In this document: positions 26,228 through 32,000 of the stretch, piece by piece | Layout: every line of letters starts with the position of its first letter | Numbering within the stretch: the stretch's first letter is position 1 | Source of the DNA: Cupriavidus necator | GTDB lineage: Bacteria > Pseudomonadota > Gammaproteobacteria > Burkholderiales > Burkholderiaceae | Assembly (NCBI RefSeq): GCF_016127575.1 | Contig: NZ_CP066018.1 | Span: 2,820,001 to 2,852,000, forward strand | Direction of reading: 5' to 3' | Length of the DNA: 32,000 nt | Position numbers and translations under genes: made by a program | The notes under the pieces: model-generated | Database searches by the model: none | What the model was told of the DNA's origin: nothing | The model's input: the letters and a program-made list of their open reading frames with translations, nothing else

Positions 26228-27358
26228 ATGCAGCTACGTTTGGAAGGCGTCGCACAGCAGGCAGGTTCGCAGGCGTATCTCTTTCCGATGACGCTCGCGC
26301 CGGTTCCGGGCGCGGTGACCATCCTGCTGGGCGCGACGCAGGCGGGCAAGACCTCGCTGATGCGGCTGATGGCCGGGCTGGACCGGCCCAGCGCCGGCCG
26401 CGTGCTGGTCGACGGCCATGACGTGACCGGCATGCCGGTGCGCGAGCGCAATGTATCGATGGTCTACCAGCAGTTCATCAACTACCCGTCGCTCAAGGTT
26501 TTCGACAACATCGCCTCGCCGCTGCGGCTGCTGCGCAAGGCGCCGGCCGCAGAGATTGCCGCGCGCGTGCGCGAGCTGGCCGGGCGGCTGCATATCGACC
26601 ACCTGCTGGACCGCTATCCGTCCGAGCTCTCCGGCGGGCAGCAGCAGCGCGTGGCACTGGCGCGTGCGCTGGCCAAGGAGGCGCCGCTGATGCTGCTGGA
26701 CGAGCCGCTGGTCAACCTTGACTACAAGCTGCGCGAAGAACTGCGCGAGGAACTGGCGCAGCTGTTCGCGCATGGCGACGCCACCGTGGTCTATGCCACC
26801 ACCGAGCCCGGCGAAGCGCTGCTGCTGGGCGGCCATACCGCGGTGCTGGACGCCGGCGAACTGCTGCAGTACGGCCCCACGCCCCAGGTCTTCCACTACC
26901 CCGATTCGCTGCGCGTGGCGCGCGCTTTCAACGATCCGCCGATGAACCTGGTCGAGGGCCGGCTGCAGGGCGGCCGGGTCACGCTGGCCGGCGACATCTC
27001 AGTGCCGGTGCCCGGCGCGGGCGGGCACGACGGCCCGGTCACGGTGGGGGTACGCGCGTCGGCATTGCGCCTGGCCGGTGAGCCGGGCGCGGTGGCGGTG
27101 CCGGGGCGCGTGGCGCTGGCCGAGCTGTCCGGCTCGGACACCTTCGTCCACGCCGATACCCCGGTGGGCAACCTGGTGGCACAGTTCGCCGGCGTGCTCG
27201 ACCTGGCGCTGGGCGAGCCGGTGTCACTGCACCTGCTGCCCGAGCAGATCTATCTGTTCGACGCCGACGGGCGCCGCATCCATGCGCCGCGCCGGCCGGG
27301 CGGGCTGGCGGCGGACGTGCCCGGCGGCGCGGCCGCGGCTGCCGGGGCAGGGGCCTGA
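26228..27358 (+). CDS. ABC transporter ATP-binding protein 1 (MalK/UgpC-like, degenerate H-loop)
   Basis: ATG 26228 follows GGAG. Walker A is GATQAGKT, Q-loop VYQQF, signature LSGGQQQR and Walker B LMLLDEP. The H-loop position reads YATTEP instead of YVTHDQ, so Thr192 replaces the switch His. A MalK-like C-terminal regulatory domain is present. Confidence 0.85.
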   Translation: MQLRLEGVAQQAGSQAYLFPMTLAPVPGAVTILLGATQAGKTSLMRLMAGLDRPSAGRVLVDGHDVTGMPVRERNVSMVYQQFINYPSLKVFDNIASPLRLLRKAPAAEIAARVRELAGRLHIDHLLDRYPSELSGGQQQRVALARALAKEAPLMLLDEPLVNLDYKLREELREELAQLFAHGDATVVYATTEPGEALLLGGHTAVLDAGELLQYGPTPQVFHYPDSLRVARAFNDPPMNLVEGRLQGGRVTLAGDISVPVPGAGGHDGPVTVGVRASALRLAGEPGAVAVPGRVALAELSGSDTFVHADTPVGNLVAQFAGVLDLALGEPVSLHLLPEQIYLFDADGRRIHAPRRPGGLAADVPGGAAAAAGAGA

Positions 27359-27359
27359 G

Positions 27360-28462
27360 ATGGCGCGCATCGACCTGGACCTGGCGCACTCCTATGTGCC
27401 AAATCCGCGTACCGACGAGGACTACGCGCTGCTGCCGCTGCAATTCACGTTCGAAGACGGCGGCGCCTATGCGCTGCTGGGCCCGTCCGGCTGCGGCAAG
27501 ACCACGCTGCTGAACTGCATTTCCGGGCTGCTGCGGCCCTCGCACGGCACCATCGCCTTCGATGGCCGCGACGTGACCGTTGCCACGCCGCAGGCGCGCA
27601 ATATCGCCCAGGTGTTCCAGTTCCCGGTGATCTACGACACCATGACCGTCGGCGAGAACCTGGCCTTCCCGCTGCGCAACCGCGGCGTGCCGGAAGCCCA
27701 GGTGCGCGAGCGGGTAGGGCGCGTGGCCGAGATGCTGGACCTGTCGGCCACGCTCGATCGCCGCGCCAGCGGCCTGGCCGCGGACGCCAAGCAGAAGATC
27801 TCGCTGGGGCGCGGGCTGGTGCGCCAGGACGTGTCGGCCATCCTCTTCGACGAGCCGCTGACGGTGATCGACCCGCAGCTCAAATGGCAGCTGCGGCGCA
27901 AGCTCAAGGAAATCCACCACGAATTCCGCCTGACGCTGATCTACGTGACGCACGACCAGACCGAGGCGCTGACCTTTGCCGACCAGGTGGTGGTGATGTC
28001 GCGCGGCAAGGCGGTGCAGGTGGGGCCGGCGGATGCGCTGTTCGAGCGTCCCGCGCATACCTTCGTCGGGCATTTCATCGGCTCGCCGGGCATGAATTTC
28101 CTGACCGGGCAGTGGCGCGACGGCGCGATCGAGCTGGCGGGTCGCCGCTACATGCCGGAGTTGTCGCCGTCAGTTGAAGCGGCGCTGCGCGAGGCCGGCA
28201 GCTTCCGCATCGGCGTGCGGCCCGAGTACCTGCGCCTGGCGCCGGAGAGCGACGCGCAGGCGGTGCCGGTGCGGGTCGAGCGCGCGCAGGACATCGGCAC
28301 TTACTGGCTGCTGACCGGCGGAGTGCAGGAGGCGGGCGCACTGGCCGGTACGCTGCGCGCGCGGCTGGGTATCGAGGCGGCCGATCTGCGCCTGGGCGAC
28401 ACGGCCTGGCTGTCGGTGTTCAACCGCCATACCTGCTACTACGTCAACGAGGAACTGGTGCC

Positions 28463-28466
<4 letters not shown>
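27360..28466 (+). CDS. ABC transporter ATP-binding protein 2 (MalK/UgpC-like, degenerate signature motif)
   Basis: ATG 27360 lies 1 nt after the preceding stop. Walker A is GPSGCGKT, Q-loop VFQFP, Walker B ILFDEP and H-loop YVTHDQ. The signature position reads LAADAKQK instead of LSGGQ. Confidence 0.88.
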
Positions 28467-29339
<873 letters not shown>

Positions 29340-29347
<8 letters not shown>

Positions 29348-30170
29348 GATGCGCCCCCCCGCCAACCGCGCCACCTGGTGGCGCGCCGGCTTCCTGCTGG
29401 TCTACCTGCTGTTCGCCATCGTGCCGATCTACTGGATGGTGAACATGTCGTTCAAGACCAACGAGGAGATCGTCTCCACGCTGTCGCTGTGGCCCGCGGA
29501 ATTCACGCTGCAGCATTACAAGACCATCTTCACCGACCCGTCCTGGTATTCGGGCTACGTCAACTCGATGATCTACGTGGCGATGAACACGATGATCTCG
29601 ATCAGCGTGGCGTTGCCGGCCGCCTATGCCTTTTCGCGCTACCAGTTCATCGGCGACAAGCATGTGTTCTTCTGGCTGCTGACCAACCGCATGACGCCGC
29701 CCGCGGTGTTCCTGCTGCCGTTCTTCCAGCTCTACAGCACCATCGGGCTGATGGATACCCACCTGGGCGTGGCGCTGGCGCACCTGGTCTTCAACGTGCC
29801 GCTGGCGGTGTGGATCCTGGAGGGCTTCATGTCGGGCGTGCCGCGCGAGATCGACGAGACCGCGTATGTCGACGGCTACTCGTTCCCGCGCTTCTTCCTG
29901 ACCATCTTCCTGCCGCTGATCAAGGCCGGCGTGGGCGTGGCGGCGTTCTTCTGCTTCATGTTCAGCTGGGTCGAGCTGCTGCTGGCGCGCACGCTGACCT
30001 CGGTCAATGCCAAGCCCATCGTCGCCACCATGACGCGCACGGTGTCGGCATCGGGCATGGACTGGGGCGTGCTGGCCGCGGCCGGCGTGCTGACCATCGT
30101 GCCCGGCGGCATCGTGATCTGGTTCGTGCGGCATTACATCGCGAAGGGCTTCGCGATGGGTCGCGTGTAA
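29340..30170 (+). CDS. ABC transporter permease (MalG/UgpE-like)
   Basis: 276 aa with 6 TM segments. The EAA-like loop is DETAYVDGYSFPRFFLTIFLPLI. It overlaps the preceding gene by 8 nt. Confidence 0.88.
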
Positions 30171-30212
30171 GCGCGCGGCGCAACCCTGATCACAACACAA
30201 GGAGACGGCGCA

Positions 30213-30521
30213 ATGCTGAGCTGGATGGTCTGGACGATACCGGTGGCGGTGTTCTTCGGCTGCATCGTAGTCATGCTGATCACCATGACTATCTGGGAAA
30301 TACGCGCGCCGTCGGTGCTGCGCAAGGGCTTCCTGCCGATCGCGACCACGCGTGGCGACCGCTTGTTTATCGGGCTGATGTGCGCCGCCTGGGTCAACCT
30401 GGCGTGGGTGGGACTGGGCGAGAAAGTCACCGCTTGGCTGTCGCTGCCCGAAGAGCCGTCGGTCTGGATCAGCTTCGGGGTATCGATGCTGGTGCTGGCG
30501 CTGATCATGCGCAAGGGCTAG
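30213..30521 (+). CDS. Small 3-TM membrane protein, DUF2160-like
   Basis: 102 aa. GGAG lies 8 nt upstream. It is positioned between the second permease and the binding protein, as in glycerol-type ABC operons that carry a DUF2160 gene. The family name is from memory and was not searched. Confidence 0.65.
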   Translation: MLSWMVWTIPVAVFFGCIVVMLITMTIWEIRAPSVLRKGFLPIATTRGDRLFIGLMCAAWVNLAWVGLGEKVTAWLSLPEEPSVWISFGVSMLVLALIMRKG

Positions 30522-30629
30522 CCGTTTATTCGCAGGCATCAGGGTTAAATGGAAGGTTTGCGGCTTATCCCTGCCCCGGGGCCGCCACCACGACCACAGC
30601 CGGGGAGGGGAAATCTTGAGGAGACACTG

Positions 30630-32000
30630 ATGAATGTGCACGTGAAGTTGGGGATGTCAGCCCTTGCCTGCGCGGCTGCGCTGGCTTGTGGGTCCGCCTC
30701 GGCGGGCGAGGCTGAGGCCAAGAAGTGGATCGACAATGAGTTCCAGCCCTCGTCGCTGGCCAAGGACAAGCAGCAGGCCGAAATGAAGTGGTTCATCGAC
30801 GCCGCCGCCAAGCTCAAGGCCAGGGGGGTCACGCAGATCAGCGTCGTGTCCGAAACCATTACCACGCACGAGTACGAGTCCAAGACGCTGGCCAAGGCGT
30901 TCGAGGAGATCACCGGCATCAAGGTCAAGCACGACCTGATCCAGGAAGGCGATGTGGTCGAGAAGCTGCAGACCTCGATGCAGTCCGGCAAGTCGATCTA
31001 CGACGGCTGGATCTCTGACTCGGACCTGATCGGCACGCACTACCGCTACGGCTCGATCTTGCCGCTGACCGACTATATGAACGGCGCCGGCAAGGAGTGG
31101 ACCAACCCCGGGCTGGATGTGAAGGACTTTATCGGCACCAAGTTCACCACCGCGCCGGACGGCAAGCTGTACCAGCTGCCCGACCAGCAGTTTGCCAACC
31201 TGTACTGGTTCCGCGCCGACTGGTTCGCGCGCAAGGACCTGCAGGACAAGTTCAAGGCCAAGTACGGCTACGACCTGGGTGTGCCGACCAACTGGTCAGC
31301 CTATGAGGACATCGCCAACTTCTTCACCAACGACGTGAAGGAGCTCGACGGCAAGAAGGTCTACGGGCACATGGACTACGGCAAGAAGGATCCGTCGCTG
31401 GGCTGGCGCTTCACCGACGCCTGGCTGTCGATGGCCGGCACCGCCGACAAGGGCCTTCCCAACGGCATGCCGGTGGACGAGTGGGGCATCCGCGTGGCCG
31501 AGGACAAGTGCACGCCGGTCGGCGCCTCGGTGTCGCGCGGCGGTGCCACCAACAGCCCGGCGGCGGTCTATGCGCTGACCAAGTACATCGACTGGATGAA
31601 GAAGTACGCGCCGCCGCAGGCGATGGGCATGACCTTCTCCGAGGCCGGCCCGGTCCCCGCGCAAGGCCAGGTGGCGCAGCAGATCTTCTGGTACACCGCC
31701 TTCACCGCGGACATGACCAGGAAGGGCCTGCCGGTGGTCAACGCCGACGGCTCGCCCAAGTGGCGCATGGCGCCGTCGCCGTACGGCCCGTACTGGAAGC
31801 AGGGCATGCAGAACGGCTACCAGGACGTGGGCTCCTGGACCTTCTTCAAGAACACCGATCCCAACAAGCTGGCGGGCGCCTGGCTGTATGCGCAGTTCGT
31901 GACATCCAAGACGGTCTCGCTGAAGAAGTCGCTGACCGGGCTGACCTTTATCCGCGACAGCGACATCCACCACGACTACCTGACCAGGAACGCGGCCAAG
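30630..32000 (+). CDS. Large periplasmic solute-binding protein of the ABC importer (partial, runs off window end)
   Basis: Not in the ORF track because there is no stop in the window. ATG 30630 lies 6 nt after GAGGAG. The signal peptide is MNVHVKLGMSALACAAALACGSASA. The frame stays open for 457 codons with a family-1 SBP-like sequence (ISVVSETITTHEYE..., YGHMDYGKKDPSLGWRF). Confidence 0.85.
   Translation, partial: MNVHVKLGMSALACAAALACGSASAGEAEAKKWIDNEFQPSSLAKDKQQAEMKWFIDAAAKLKARGVTQISVVSETITTHEYESKTLAKAFEEITGIKVKHDLIQEGDVVEKLQTSMQSGKSIYDGWISDSDLIGTHYRYGSILPLTDYMNGAGKEWTNPGLDVKDFIGTKFTTAPDGKLYQLPDQQFANLYWFRADWFARKDLQDKFKAKYGYDLGVPTNWSAYEDIANFFTNDVKELDGKKVYGHMDYGKKDPSLGWRFTDAWLSMAGTADKGLPNGMPVDEWGIRVAEDKCTPVGASVSRGGATNSPAAVYALTKYIDWMKKYAPPQAMGMTFSEAGPVPAQGQVAQQIFWYTAFTADMTRKGLPVVNADGSPKWRMAPSPYGPYWKQGMQNGYQDVGSWTFFKNTDPNKLAGAWLYAQFVTSKTVSLKKSLTGLTFIRDSDIHHDYLTRNAAK

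Overview
Visibly high-GC betaproteobacterial chromosomal window. Gene content and a REP-like repeat suggest Cupriavidus/Ralstonia, which is an inference and not verified. I support about 35 coding regions and one tRNA-Ser(GGA). There is no integrase, transposase, phage gene, CRISPR array or rRNA, so this looks like core housekeeping DNA rather than an accessory island, and I found no clear new multi-gene system. Gene order, left to right: (1) a tonB-like 5' end behind a Fur-box-like site; (2) an orphan 766-aa tandem AAA+ ATPase; (3) murI, class I fumarate hydratase, a YqhA-family membrane protein and a DMT/EamA transporter; (4) acs, then an ActP-like sodium:solute symporter carrying a roughly 135-aa hydrophilic insert; (5) tRNA-Ser, a GNAT acetyltransferase and a class IV (D-amino-acid type) aminotransferase; (6) a complete yfiR-yfiN-yfiB type c-di-GMP module with ATGA-overlapped junctions; (7) eight small genes at 16.6-20 kb, including DUF1311/LprI-like, MliC-like and YXWGXW-repeat secreted proteins; (8) a glycerol locus with glpK-glpD, a NUDIX/purU wedge, glpR and a Rhizobium-type glycerol ABC importer (two ATPases, two permeases, a DUF2160-like small membrane protein and a large binding protein that runs off the window end). 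The most interesting observations, all read directly from the sequence, are: (a) complementary motif degeneracy in the two ABC ATPases, predicting one dead and one consensus ATP site; (b) a Shine-Dalgarno-preceded 21-codon hydrophobic ORF in the Fur-box leader of the tonB-like gene; (c) the coiled-coil-like insert in the symporter; (d) a perfect 11-bp inverted repeat that is a likely GlpR operator. All family names come from motif recognition by eye. No database search was run.
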